DNA of 64,000 nt, taken from contig CM119265.1 in NCBI GenBank assembly GCA_051294375.1, positions 5,324,355-5,388,354 of the forward strand. The letters run 5' to 3'. The number at the start of each line of letters is the position of its first letter. Positions within the stretch are counted from its first letter, which is position 1. The notes under the pieces are model-generated. The model saw nothing but the letters and a program-made list of their open reading frames with translations. It had not been told where the DNA came from and did not search any database. Origin of the DNA: Paraspadella gotoi (lineage: Eukaryota > Animalia > Chaetognatha). This document shows, piece after piece, positions 38,866 to 51,937 of the stretch. The position numbers and the translations under genes were made by a program.

Positions 38866-40205
38866 ATTTTTATTGACTATCGCTCCATCGGCTCCAAGAA
38901 TATTCTCCATTTTATCTTCCTCTTCTTCTCTCCTTCCCTTCCCTTCCGTTCCCTTCCCTTTCCCTTCCCTTCCCTTCCCCGCTCCATGCGTGGCTCCGGT
39001 AGAATTATTTCTCCGATTTTCTCTTGGCTGCTTCTTCTCTCCTTCCGCCCCCTTCCATTCCCTGTCGCCTTTCCCTTTCCTCTTCCCTTCCCTCCTCCTT
39101 CCCGCTTTTTTATTGACGTATCGGCTGATCCATCGGCTTTCCGAGAACTATTCTCCATTTTTCTCTTCCTGCTTCTTCTCTTCGCTTCCCTTCCCTCCCT
39201 TGTCCCTTTTCCCCGTTCCCTGTGCCGCTTCCCTTGTCTTATTGCCACTAGGTCGCTCCATCGGCTGCCGAGCGGAATGATCTCTCATTTCTTGCTTCGT
39301 ATCGCTACCTCTTCTTCTCTTCCTTCTCCCTTCCCCTTCCCTTCCCTTCCCCTTCCCTTCCCTTTCCCTTTTTATTGACTATCGCGCTCCATCGGGCTGC
39401 CGAGAATATTCTCCATTTTCTCATTCCTCCTTCCTTCTCTCCTTCCTTCCCTTTCCTTTCTTCCTGTCCCTTTCCCTTCCCTGTCCCCTTTTATTGACTA
39501 TCGCTCCATCGGCTCCGAGAATATTCTCCATTTTCTCTCTCCTCCTCTTCTCCTCCTTCCCTTCCCTTCCCTCCCTTTCCGTCGCCTTCCCTCTTCTGAC
39601 CTTCCCTTTCCTTCCCTCTTCCTTCCCTTCCTTCCCCTTTCCCTTCCCTTCCCTTCCCTTCCCTTTCCCTTCCCTTCCCTTTTTAATTCGACTACCTCGC
39701 TCCATCGGCTCCGAGAATATTCTCCATTTTCTCTTCCTCTTCTTCTCTCCTTCCCTTCCCTTCCCTTCCTCCTTCCCTTTCCCTTCCCTTCCCTTCCCTT
39801 CCCTTCTCTTTCTCTTTCCTTCCCTTCCCTTCCCTTCCCTTTCCCTTCCCTTCCCCTTTTTATTGACTATCGCTCCATCGGCTCCGAGAATATTCTCCAT
39901 TTTCTCTTCCTCCTCTTCTCTCCTTCCCTTTCCCTTCCCTTTCCCCTTTCCCTTCCCTTTCCCTGTCCCTTCCCTTTTTATTGACTATTGCTGCCATCGG
40001 CTCCGAAATATTTCCTCCATTTTCTGCTTCCTCTTCTCTCTCCTTCCGTCTCCCTGTTCCCTTCCCTTCCGCTTCCCTCCCTTTCCCTTTCCCTTGTCCC
40101 TTTCCCTTCCTCTTCCCTTCCTTCCTTCCCTTCCCTTTCCCTTCCCTTCAGCCCCTGNNNNNNNNNNNNNNNNNNNNNNNNNTTCCCTTCCCTTTCCCTT
40201 CCCTT
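38866..40205 (+). repeat. Complex minisatellite: ~45-bp core plus variable (CCCTT)n tract, ~10 units
   Basis: Core TTTTATTGACTATCGCTCCATCGGCTCCGAGAATATTCTCCATTTT recurs about every 110-200 bp; runs into an N-gap at 40158-40182. Confidence 0.92.
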
Positions 40206-40511
40206 AACTTTCCCCACTACCCCATTACCCTGATACGAAAACCGGACTGAGAAACTACTTTCATTCCGTATAGTTTTTTTTTAGCCAAATTTGAAGGACA
40301 TATTTTTTAAGGCAAAACAAATAAAAAGTCTCTTCAGGCTAACGTAATACCATTGACTGTCTTTGTCCATTAGTCAGTCTCTCTCTCTCTCTGCTCTCTC
40401 TCTTTGCTTCCTGAACCCCTGACTCAAGATTCAAGGACGTCTCGTGGTGAAAAATTTGTGCCTAAGTTTTATTTCACTCTCTCTCTCTCACTCTCTCTCT
40501 CTCTCTCTTCG

Positions 40512-40553
<42 letters not shown>

Positions 40554-40751
40554 TTCTCCACTCTCTCTTTATTGCACTCTCATCTCTTTCCTCAGTTGCG
40601 AAGTGGAGGAAATTTCTGGATGACGTCATTCGTTCTCTCTTCGACTTCGAAACTGTACAGATCAAAAAATGACCTCCCTGACTCTCTACGAAGCTGAAGC
40701 ATGAAATGAAATTTATAAGTTTTATATCAATTCTCTTTTAATCTCTCCCCT

Positions 40752-40811
<60 letters not shown>

Positions 40812-41400
40812 TATTTAGCTGCGTGGGAGGTAAGTTCTCAGTGACGTCATTCATTTTCTCTCTGGCTCAGGCGCCATTAACTGCGGAGACCAAAAAATGA
40901 CGTCATTTACAGTCTGTCTCTCTGTCTCTTTCCTCCTTTCTCTCTCTTTTTTCTCTCTCCTTCTAGAAAGAGTTTTCACTCTCTTCCCCATTTCGCCAAT
41001 TTCTGGAAAATTTTCGTCTTTGGTGGAGAATTACGATATCCGACTCAGTCTGTGTTTTGATGTTTTGGTCTAATGAGTTAGGAAACTGTGAACGGGTAAT
41101 TGAGTGATAAAAACTCGGAAAAAATAGGTTCTTTGCCAAAAAAAAAGTTAGAAATTGGTACATTTGTTATACTTTGTTATTTTTGTTTACATTTTCGTTT
41201 TATGTTAATTTTTTTTTCACCAAGATAAAAGGTTGTGCTGTCACAGAAAAACCCTCAAAGGCCTCATTTTTATTTAAAACTTAACTATCCAAACGTTTCT
41301 TAGTAGCGCGATTGCATAACGCAGTAACTGCTTTAATTGAAAATTTCTTTATACGAATGTGTAGTCAGACATTGCCTAGGTTCATCCCGCCTATAAGCAT

Positions 41401-41625
41401 GACCCGGTGGCTCATTGAGTAAAGCCATCAGCTCATGATCACAAGGTACCGGGTTCAATCCCAACCCTGTACCTACCCTGCGGGAAGAGTGAGGATGGCC
41501 GTAAGCCGCCTTGGGGGCGTGGCAAACCCTAAAGCCTGGTTCCAAGCCCAGGATCCGTTCCATGTTTGCTAGAGGGGGTTATAGAAGTTATGGATAGTCA
41601 TCTTCTGCCCACTTAACCACAAATG
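41401..41625 (+). mobile_element. tRNA-derived SINE-like element
   Basis: Head GACCCGGTGGCTCATTGAGTAAAGC...CTCATGA...GGGTTCAATCCC (A and B boxes at tRNA spacing), then a ~150-bp GC-rich body; no intact cloverleaf. Confidence 0.65.
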
Positions 41626-42697
41626 TATCTTTTGAATCTAAAGGATCAAAAATTGATGACCTCATCTTTGACAACCAAAGTCAAGCGATGATAGAAAATG
41701 GAATTTCTTTTGAAGTTTCTCTCGTAAGAACAAATTGAGCAGAATCGAGTTGACGAAACATTTTTTTTCAAAAAAGCCACCGGATCCAAAAAAAAAAGGA
41801 AAAAAAAGGAAAAAAAAGAAAAAACAGGAAAAAAAAGGAAAAAAGGGAAAAAAAGAAAAAAAAGAAAAAAAAAAGATTCTCCCACCAAAAATAAACTTTA
41901 TCGACGAAAAAGGAGCAAAGTTCTTTTTTCTTGGTTTTTTGTTGGTTTGTTTGTTTGTTTTGTTTTGTTTTGTTTTGTTTCGATTTTACGTTTTCGCGCC
42001 AATCTTGTTTCGTCGTTTTCCATCTTATCGAGACCAGGATTTCTTAATCCATTTTAGTTTTATTGTTAGTTGAGCTGCTTCCTTTTTCCCGGAGATAGTA
42101 TCTTTCTTAAGACGAATTTTACTAAATTGTTTTATTCAAATATTTTTTAGGTGTAACCGTAATTATTTTTTTTTTTTTTGGTTTTTTCTGTTTTTCTTTC
42201 TTTTTTTTTCTTTTTTCTTCTTAGTTTTTGTTCCTCATATTTTACTCATTGTAATTTTTTTTGGTGCATGTGTTATTTAATAACGCGGCAACAAAAAAAA
42301 ATTAATTGTTTTAATTAGTCGAATTTGGTTCAAATGTTGTTTACATTTCATTATTAGTTTTTCCAACTTTTTTTTATCTTTCTTTTTAACGTGGCTCTGT
42401 CCTTTTATTTCCTTTTTTTTTCGTTCGGCGACAATGACGAAAATCTCTGAGGGCCATCTCCCTTTCCTTTCTATTTTAAATGGCGACGATTATTCTTTCT
42501 TTTTTTTCCTATTTTTTTTTCTCGTTTGATTAAAAATGTCAAGAATATTTTCTTATATACATTTTGTTCCACATCATGTTTTCTCACTGTTTCGAAGAGA
42601 CGCGAGTGGTGGCGGGGGGGGCGGGGTGGGGCTTGGGGGGGCGAAGAAAGGGTGAGAGAAAAGGAAGAAAGTGGAGGTAAAAAACGAGAAAGAGAGT

Positions 42698-42763
<66 letters not shown>

Positions 42764-43082
42764 CTCCGGCCTCTCTCTCTCACTCAGGCTATCACAGCAG
42801 GTTTTCCCACCTTAATTTAGGAAAAACATCCGAGGATTGACAAATGACGACAGGCAAAGTTTTCCCCCGGAATTTCAAAGATTTAAATATTGAGTCCCAT
42901 TTTACTTTCCTCTCACAAAATTCATCATGAATTTTTAATTAAATTATAAAGCAAACGATTATATTTTTATATATGACACAATGAAAAATAACGTGGCGAA
43001 ACGGTCTCGTGCTGATTTTGTCCTTTTAAAATTGTTTCTGAGCCAAATTAATTGATCATTACTTTTGGTAATATGTGCGATA

Positions 43083-44766
43083 TACACTACTGGACATATC
43101 TGTATCTGACCATAACCCTTGACCATCAACAAAAAAAGCTAACTAGAATAAAAATAGTAAAAAAGATGAAGCAATATAGCTCGAAACGCTTACAAAATTT
43201 TAGACCATTGCTTTTATAAATGCAAAAAAAATATTAATATTATTAAAACAAAACTTTAACGATAACCTAATAGTTAACCGAGACCAAGATGAATATTTTT
43301 TACCCATCATTTCCTCAATTTATATGAATCATTTGTTTGTAATTAGTCAATTATATCTAAATAACAATATGACAAATTCATTTCAATTTTTTTTATGAAT
43401 GGGAAGTTTTCTCTGCTTACTCCCCTTTGTGTCTAATTATTTATTATTTTAAAGGTATTTTCAAAAACCTTATATAATTACTATATTTTTCACTTTTTTT
43501 CAATTCTTTCAAACAAAACAACATCATAAAAACATTTTAAATTAATAAAAAAATTGATTGAATGATTTTGGAAAAAAATATTTTGAAACTTGAGAATAAT
43601 GGATTATGAGTCAGGAAAAAAATTTTGCAATTCTAAAAAAATCAGCCTCTAGCCTTTCGATTTTCTAGAGGCTGATTTTTTTATTTTTTTGATATTTTGA
43701 TTTTCTATGCAAAACCATTATTCTCAATGAGCATAGGTCGGACAAAATTTTTTTTCCAACAATTTAAAAAATTTCAACTTTTCTAATTAGGCTTTTTTGG
43801 GGGAAATAAATAAATAAATTATTATATGATGGGTACATCTAAAAGTGATATGTCTCAAAATGACAAAAAAATTTTCTTCAAGTTTTATTTTGAAATATAA
43901 GTATTGTACCAATAGAAATACGTGAGATACTCCCGCTTTGCCGAAATTTTTATTTAACAAGAATTTGTACTGCGTAATTTTAAAAAAATATTTTTTTAAA
44001 TAACTTTTGAAAGAAAAGAGGTAGCAAGGTGGATGTGGTATCAAATTAAAGCCCTAATCATGGGACACCTTTCTAAAAAAGTTTTATTAAATTAAATCCA
44101 TAAATATTTACACAGCTTTTGTTTAAATCGGAGTTAAAGTATAACAGTTTTTTGCTTTAAAAATTTTCAAACGAAGACATATAAAATTTTTTCTTTTTCT
44201 TTTGTAATTTGAAAAAGGAAAGACTGAATTACATTTTGTTTATTATTAAATTTTTTTATTCCATAAAATTGCTTATATTTTCAGTTAAAGTAAAAAACAA
44301 GCAAAAATTTATGTTGTAGCTTGATAAAATAAAATATTTTTTAAATATTAAAAATGATAAATACAAAAATGTTTTCAGCTTGATATAAACAGTATGGACA
44401 TCTACCTTCTTGTCTGTGAAAAAAAAATCGTCATTTTTCATTATCTTTAACTGCAAACTAAAAGCTTGACACACGCTTGTTTATCATAATAAAGTTGTAA
44501 AAAATTATATAGCTGGTAACATATTTGACAAAGCAAAAACATCATTGTGTTAATTGTATTTATATTTTTTTTTTTAAATATGCAAGGAATTTAATTCTAT
44601 TATTTTATCATCCATTTTAATTAAGAAAAAATATTTCTCGTAATAGCCCATTGGAAAGGGTTATGTACTGACTTAATGATGAAATTTTTTAGATTTCTTT
44701 ACTGCCCCCATTTCACAAGATATAAAGGGTCATGGTTATCATGTCAATAAGTCCAGATTATCTGTA
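43083..44766. mobile_element. Very AT-rich, old MITE/Tc1-mariner-like non-autonomous element with an internal palindrome
   Basis: TA-flanked degenerate inverted ends (CACTACTGGACATAT...ACCATAACCCTT vs the reverse complement CAGATAATCTGGACTTAT...ACCATGACCCTT); perfect 18-bp inverted repeat 43635-43652/43665-43682. Confidence 0.45.
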
Positions 44767-46932
44767 CCCTTTCTGCAACCTGCATTCCAAATTTTCTTTT
44801 TTTCCCTTTCAAATGTATTAAATAAAAAAAATTATTGAGAGAACAATCGGCGTGGAGGATGCCATTGGTAAGCCTTAGTTACCCACTTCCGCGATGAATT
44901 TTTAAATGAGGTTTTTTTTTCCATCTATTTGAGACATAACACTAACTATTAGTACTATTATTTTTTTTTATTTTTTTTTATTACAGTTCTATGAATAAAT
45001 TATGAATAAGTAAATTTTTAACAAAATTTATCATCTTTCCACCTATAATCAGTCATATCTAAAAAACAAAAAGATTTTTGCATTGATATTTTGGATATCA
45101 ACATATAGAAACTATAACGTTTCAAAAAAATAAAAAGAAATATAATATTATTGAACAGTGAATTTTTTTTATGCACGGAACAGTAACGTACGTCTATTTT
45201 TCATTGTGTCATATATACTACGGTAAGTCATCATTCAGTTTTTTACTACCTTATTTTTCATGATGTAAATAAACAGTTAACTCTTTATATTTTGTATAAA
45301 TAAAATCTTTTAGTATTTAAATAAAAAAATAAAATTACCTATCTTATGCAAAATGTTCCCCCTTCAACCTTCCCCTCTTTCAATCCCCCGTCATATTGCT
45401 TCACCCGTCGGCCTTTTTCCAATTAGCTCCGTCGCTTTTCATTCCCGGCTGCGGGCAGCTGCGGGCTGCTGCGCGATGCTGTCTGATGCTTCAAGCTGCT
45501 GCGGGACGCTGCGAAGATTCAATATGGTTCTTCTCGGTCAAGTAAATTTTATATACAAACTAGTAACGAGGCAAAAAAACTAATGAATACGTTAATCGAT
45601 GAAAACGTTATCATCGTTTATGTTGAGAGAAAAATGAAGCTCAGAAGCAGAATTATTCGTCAGGTTCGTTACGCATCATATTTACTCAACGTCCATCCGA
45701 GCTGGTTTCATTTTTTTTTGAATAATAGAAGAAAAAAGATAAAAAAGTTAAAAAAAGGGAAAAAAACAGAAGATAAAAAAACTGACAACGAAATGACGGG
45801 TTGCTTTCATTTAATTTTTTCTCTTTCTAGATTTTAATGACGAAAATTTTTTTATATTTTTTTTTCTAGTTTTATTATGTTATTTCCTTTTTATTTTGAT
45901 GCTCACCGATGTAAGCATAACTGAGGAATTAAATACGACGCTTATTTCATTTTGTTTTTAGCTATGACATCTAAAAGTCTTAATTAACTATTGGCTAATC
46001 ATCATTTTCTTCTTTTTTTCCCTTTTTTTTATTGTCTTCGCCCAAGTTTACAAATCCATGGTATTTCACAAAAAATCTGTGAGAAATGTTTTCGCCGTCG
46101 CGACGACGGTGACACCTCTTTCACGGTAAATTGACTGTGAACGGAAAAGGAGGTTTCGGTGAAGAGACGTTTCCAGTAAAAGTGAGCGAGTATCATTAAA
46201 ACAAGAACGGTGATTCCAATGTGATGCCCCGCAGTGACTTTAATTTTACATGTATTTCACATTATATGACAAGACCTGACATGACTAAAAAACTTTTTTT
46301 TTTGACATCCACTGCATCGAAATTCCATTTTTTATTCCTTATAGTTTTAGGATTTCCTGAAGGCGGCGCTAGCAGTCCCTTAGATTTGAGTTTTTTTTCT
46401 ATCTTAACAAATGAGCAACTGAATTATATGTCTTTTCAACTTAAGTGGGACAGACCGACGGACAGACATAAAGACCGACAGACCGACCGAGCGATAGACC
46501 GACCGAAAACTGACTTATAGAGTTGCTCCACGAGTACTCGCGTATTCGCTTTTGATCGAGAGGAAGAGAAAGAGAGAGAGAAATGGACACATTGAGGATA
46601 CGGAATATGCAATGAATGCAGTCATTGGTCAAGTATAAGACAAATAAGTTGGAGAGAAATTCCGGCAAAAAATAAGAGCCAATGGCCATACACAAAAAAC
46701 AGGGAGAGGAAAAATTAACTAAGCGTCCTATTTTAAAAAGATCGACAGAAACGGATGCCAGGCGAACCATCCTACACAAAGAAAGAAAGCCGTGAAAAAA
46801 GGCTAATGAATTTTTGACAACCAGTAAAGCTCGCCTCTTTTTTTTCTACCCTCCTTACTCACTGTAAGCTCCATTAAGCCACGCGCTTCTTCTTTTTTTT
46901 CCTTTCTCTTTTCTTTCTACTTTCCTTTTTTT

Positions 46933-47442
46933 CGAAATCTCCTTTTACCATTTTCTCCCTCTTTTTCCTCCCTATTTTCTTTCTACTTCTTTTCTCTCTT
47001 TTAAAAATCTCCTTTTACCATTTTCTCCCTCTTTTTCCTCCCTCTTTTCTTTCCACTTCTACTCACTCTTTTCGGAATCTCCTTTTACAATTTTCTCCCT
47101 ACTGTTCCCCTCTCTTTTCTTTCCACTTCTACTCCCTCTTTTTGGAATCTCCTTTTACAATTTTCTCCCTACTGTTCTCCTCTCTTTTCTTTCCACTTCT
47201 TTCTCTTTTCGGAATCTCCTTTTACAATTTTCTCCCTACTGTTCCCCTCTCTTTTCTTTCCACTTCTACTCACTCTTTTCGGAATCTCCTTTTACAATTT
47301 TCTCCCTACTGTTCCCCTCTCTTTTCTTTCCACTTCTACTCACTCTTTTCGGAATCTCCTTTTACAATTTTCTCCCTACTGTTCTCCTCTCTTTTCTTTC
47401 CACTTCTCTCTCTTTTCGGAATCTCCTTTTACAATTTTCTCC
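46933..47442 (+). repeat. Minisatellite, ~70-bp unit x~7.5
   Basis: GGAATCTCCTTTTACAATTTTCTCCCTACTGTTCCCCTCTCTTTTCTTTCCACTTCTACTCACTCTTTTC repeated (e.g. 47281 and 47351). Confidence 0.95.
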
Positions 47443-47776
47443 TTTTTCATCACGAAAAGCAGTCGGTTTTTATGATAATGACTTTTAATGCGTCGATTGG
47501 CAGATCCCGGGCTTTCTCTTATGGCAGGTCCGGGTTTAGAGGTGACAGAGGTTAATTAAATGCGCAAATTACTCCATAAATATATTTACGAATTCGTTTA
47601 TTTAGCTGAGATTCTGGCTTTTATATAAGTTTTAGAATGGACGTAGATAGATAAGATTTTTTTCTAGGGGTGTGCGAGATTAAAATTGGCCCAGAGTAAC
47701 TTCTCTTTCGACCTATTTCCGTAACTACTGTCTACTGTTTACTATATACAATTTCTGAATACAGGATCATTCTCTC

Positions 47777-47830
<54 letters not shown>

Positions 47831-48566
47831 CTCTCTCTCTCTCTCCCTTTTTTTCTTTCTCTCCACACACACTCTCGTTGTCCTTCCTACTATAAACATA
47901 AACAAACTTTAATAATATCGAATAATATCTTTCCTCATTTGTCGCGAGCACAATATTCAGCGATTCGCCGCAGAAAAAAAAACATATCTGCATCTCGATT
48001 TGGCTTGATCGGAATTCTTGGCCCAATGATTCGCCCGCTTCGTCTCTGAATCGTAATGAGGCCTCGCGATTCCCTGAGAGGGTCACTAATTTTATGGCCG
48101 CCGATCAATTTCGAGGAGCAATAAGGAGGAACGAAGGGTGGGGACTGGATGGAAGGGATGGCGGGAGAAGAGAAGGGATAAATCGCAGGGGTGGTGTAAA
48201 AAGGGGACATTCTCTTGAGAGTTGTGGGGCCCGGGGTCCTGGAGAAGCCTGGGAAGGGTTCACAGGACTGAAAAAACATTTTAAAAAGATAAAAAATATT
48301 CAATATTAAAAATATGAATTTATAAATAAACATGCCTGTCCTGACAGAGCTTAGGCTTAGCTGTTAAATTCTCGATGCCTTTTGTACAAGGCTTACACCT
48401 TTAAAAACTGTTTAATATTCTTGTACCTGATAACCTACCTACTTGTACAAATTTTCTTTATAGTAAGGGGGGCACGACGCTCCACAAATAAATTATGTAG
48501 GCCCTACATAAATTTTTTGTTGGGGCCTGCCCGATGTCTCGTCACCCCTGCGAAGGAGACGTGGAG

Positions 48567-48608
48567 AACGTTCCAACGTTCCAACGTTCCAACGTTCCAA
48601 CGTTCCAA
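48567..48608 (+). repeat. (AACGTTCC)5 octamer repeat
   Basis: Direct reading. Confidence 0.9.
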
Positions 48609-49216
48609 GAAATGGGCGTGGCCCTTGAAAAGACGCCGAAGGGAGGATCAGAAAGACGCGAACGAGTATTGGCAGACAAAGAGGGTTTTCGAGCCCCACG
48701 GACTGAGACGGAGAGAAAGGAGCCGTGAGGAGCAATAAGGATGGAGCCACGAGTCGAACGTCGAAAAGGAAAAGATTAATTGAAACGGAATGGGCGATCC
48801 GACGGCGGAGAAGGAACGGCCAAGGTCTTCCAATGCGCTCGTGCAATAAATCCCTCTACGATTACAGAGAAATTTGGAAAGGAGAGAGAAAGGGGGGGGG
48901 GAGAGAGAATTCGCGCGGGTCACGTCCGTAGTTTCCCCGGATTTTCTAATAAAAGGGACGCGTTGTTAGTTCGTTTTCGTCGTCTTATCGTCGTCGCCGG
49001 GGAACGATTAATCACGGCTTTTCTCGTGTGATGAACCACGTGATGTTTTTTTTACATCGTTCGGTGAATTGTAGAAAAGTGAATTCCTTTCTGAGGGAAA
49101 CGCGGATGACTTATTGTATTCAGGAGTCATGCGACGAGATGGGTGGAAGAATCAATACTTTACGGGGTATCTGTAGGTGAAATTATATCCGCTAATTGAG
49201 GGAGAAAAAAAATTAT

Positions 49217-49479
49217 GGACTGTGGCGGTATATTCACACCGCCTCACGTCCACCATCCTTCAGCCAAATCCATTGGCTCAGAGGGGGAACACACCATCCC
49301 AAGCGTAGTGTTCCATCCACAGTCCTAACGACTTCCCTCTGCGTTGGCAAAGCGAAACCGTCCTAGGGTAACCGCGCCAGTGACTGGTGGCGTCACTGAG
49401 GGTTGGAAGCCCCCAAAGCCAACAGTGAGATGCCCCATCCCAATGGGCATCACAGGCAACCCGGCTGTTGCCATAGGAC
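49217..49479. other. GC-rich element with multiple nested inverted repeats (candidate structured RNA or retroposon part)
   Basis: At least seven complementary stems visible by eye (see findings). Confidence 0.5.
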
Positions 49480-51099
49480 CTCCAAATCTTTGACAATTAT
49501 TCGCACTTTTGACAAATAAGAGTTATCGGGAAGTGACAAGATTTTTTTTTTTTTTTCAAAATAAGACAGAAAGTCATGAATTTAAACTATCCTTTCAAAG
49601 AAAAAAAAATCTTATCCATTTTTTTATATTTTTTAACAGTTTAAATAAACGATTTTAACGTTTTTATCGACAACATTTCTTATTCTTTCTCCTTCATGTC
49701 CTTGGCCGCTCAGCCGTCGTAGTTTCGTCTTCGGCGAGAGTCGAATTTACCCAAAGACCTCATCTCCGGTTTTCGGCTTCCATCTCGATTCTCGATTCCA
49801 TCTGGATTCCATCTCCTTTTATGGTCGCCGAATTCCAGTTTTGCTTTTCCTCCGCTTCTATATTCTCGAATCTCGAGGACGCGAGGAAACGAATTATGGG
49901 ATCGGAAGACGACCTAAATCATAGCTAAGCTTAATGTTTCGTTGGAATTTTATTACTTGCTTATATTTATAAAACATTCAATTTTTTTCTTCAGATTTTT
50001 AAATTTTGTAACATCATAACCCCCAGAGGGATTTGGTTATATGAGTTTATTTGGCCCTCAAGAATGTAACATCAAATCTATGTTTATTTTTTTATTTTCT
50101 GTCATAATTTTTTTTTGGGGGGGGGGGTAGCCGGGACCCATTGAAAAGTTTTTTTTATTGTTTTTCTTTTTAAAACTTTTCCCCCTTTTTCCTCTCCGCA
50201 TGTAACCGAGACCACAACTTTGTGAGACGTGTCGTAACTTCCGAAATGTCCCTCGGGCCGTGAGGGTTCGGTACTCAGCCACTAGTAGTAAGCTCAATCT
50301 AAACCGAAAGGTAGGTTAACCAGGGAAAGGTCTGACCGGATATAGAATAAGAGACGAAATGTATTGACGACGTGACTTATTTATCTGGAAACGATCCTTG
50401 ACGGTTTTATGAACAGTTTCATGTTTTTGGTTAAAGATACTGCCTCGAATTTAAATAATAATTTCAACTTGATATGAGCTTTTTGCATTAACAGTACTAA
50501 TTCTAAATCGTTTTGTGAAACATCAAGGCAAAAATTAAGATTAAAAAAAGCGGCCTTGAACTCGTGCCACGGCCGTGGAACAAACCCACTAGACTAGAGA
50601 GACAGAAACTCGTAAGTCTTCATTCAAATACGAGGCGACAAAGTTTTTATGGTGAAGGAAAAGCTGATGGTGATAAAAAAAGAATGCGGGTTTCTCGAAG
50701 CAAAGAGGCTCGGAGAAAGTGGAGAGTTCATTACATAGTAGCTCATCGGGGAAATCAGCGACATAGTAGACGCGGCCAAGATCGCAAAATCACTTTGTTG
50801 AAGATGAATCCCTGCAGTTTCGGAATATAAAAAAAATAATGATTTTTTCTTAGTATCGAATTCCATCGTTCATCAACGAGCCTCACTTTTCCTTCTCAGC
50901 TATGTACTTACTCTAAAAACGCAATTGGGCCAAATTTGGAAATTTGGTAAAAAGAATTCCTCTTATATATAACTCATTCATAAAAAAAGTTATTAAATAA
51001 ACATTTATCAAACGGGCAATGCAATAAAAATCAAATATATTTGCAATTGAAGAGACAGTAATTATTGTTATGTGTTAGTGACCGTACCGTTCAATATAT

Positions 51100-51210
51100 A
51101 ACCCTGAGTTCCGGATCAGGTTGTAACACCATGTTACAGGCGGGTTAAGCAACCCATCCCTAGAACCCCGGACCTTTGGTTTGGGAGGCGAATGACTATG
51201 GCCTATGGCC
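51100..51210 (-). mobile_element. Degenerate SINE-like fragment
   Basis: Minus strand has a tRNA-like CGCCTCCCAAACCAAAGGTCCGGGGTTC followed by TAACCCGCCTGTA, shared with the 17352 element. Confidence 0.45.
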
Positions 51211-51742
51211 GCTGATGAACGGTTGGTGGATTTTAGTCCACCATACAATAAACAAAAAGAGGAACAATTAAAAAAACTGTATTGATTTGCAATGAAGTAA
51301 TTTTTTTATCCTGTTCCGTTATCCTAAGTATCCTTTAACTCCACAACTAGAAATCGCTTCATTTCTGTCCACTCACCATGAATAAACCATCATTATTTCT
51401 TCCAACGCCCGGAATCGAAAAAACCGCACTATTTCGGGGAAATTCGGGGCGGCCTCCGAGCTGCCCGCTAAAGGAATTCAATACAGGGATAAAAGTCTAG
51501 AAAAAAAAAAAAAACTGATCCGGAGCCACGGACGGCCGGAGGAAAAGAAGGGGGCGTGGTAGAGAGGAGAGAAGAGAACGGGTTACGAAAAATTGGAGAG
51601 AGTTCGAATGGAATATTAGGAGCTTTTGTATTTAGCTAACGGCGAGAGAATTGGAAATATGACGGGAGAATGTTTTGGACGGGTGACAGGGAAAACCCGC
51701 GGGTTTTTGAGTTGTGTTACGAATGAACCAGGGAATAAAGAT

Positions 51743-51937
51743 TTTTTTTTTTTTTTTTTTTTTTCTGAAATAAAAGAGACAATTTGACAATTAAGACAAT
51801 AAGAAGATTAAACGATTAAACGATGAGTATTGAGCAAGAAAAATTGCACTAATGGCACTAAAAATAAAATTCAAACAATTAAGGATCATTGCGGACATTG
51901 CAAATTAGAAAAGTATTAAGTATATCAATGAAAATCA
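51743..51937 (-). mobile_element. Poly(A)-tailed retroposon 3' end, family B copy 2
   Basis: T-tract followed by the reverse complement of 24969-25141 with about 3 differences seen by eye. Confidence 0.8.

Noticed and set aside
38866-40030. CRISPR-like repeat/spacer appearance
   Set aside because: The 'spacers' are low-complexity CCCTT tracts of variable length, the cores are degenerate, the context is eukaryotic and there are no cas genes.
41401-41475. tRNA-Met gene (CAT anticodon-like loop)
   Set aside because: Acceptor and anticodon stems do not pair properly and a SINE-like body follows.
49322-49368. Hammerhead ribozyme (CTAACGA...CGAAAC.GTC)
   Set aside because: The core deviates from CUGANGA and helices I and III cannot be formed; similar near-misses at ~1010-1045 (minus) and ~14146-14170 also fail.
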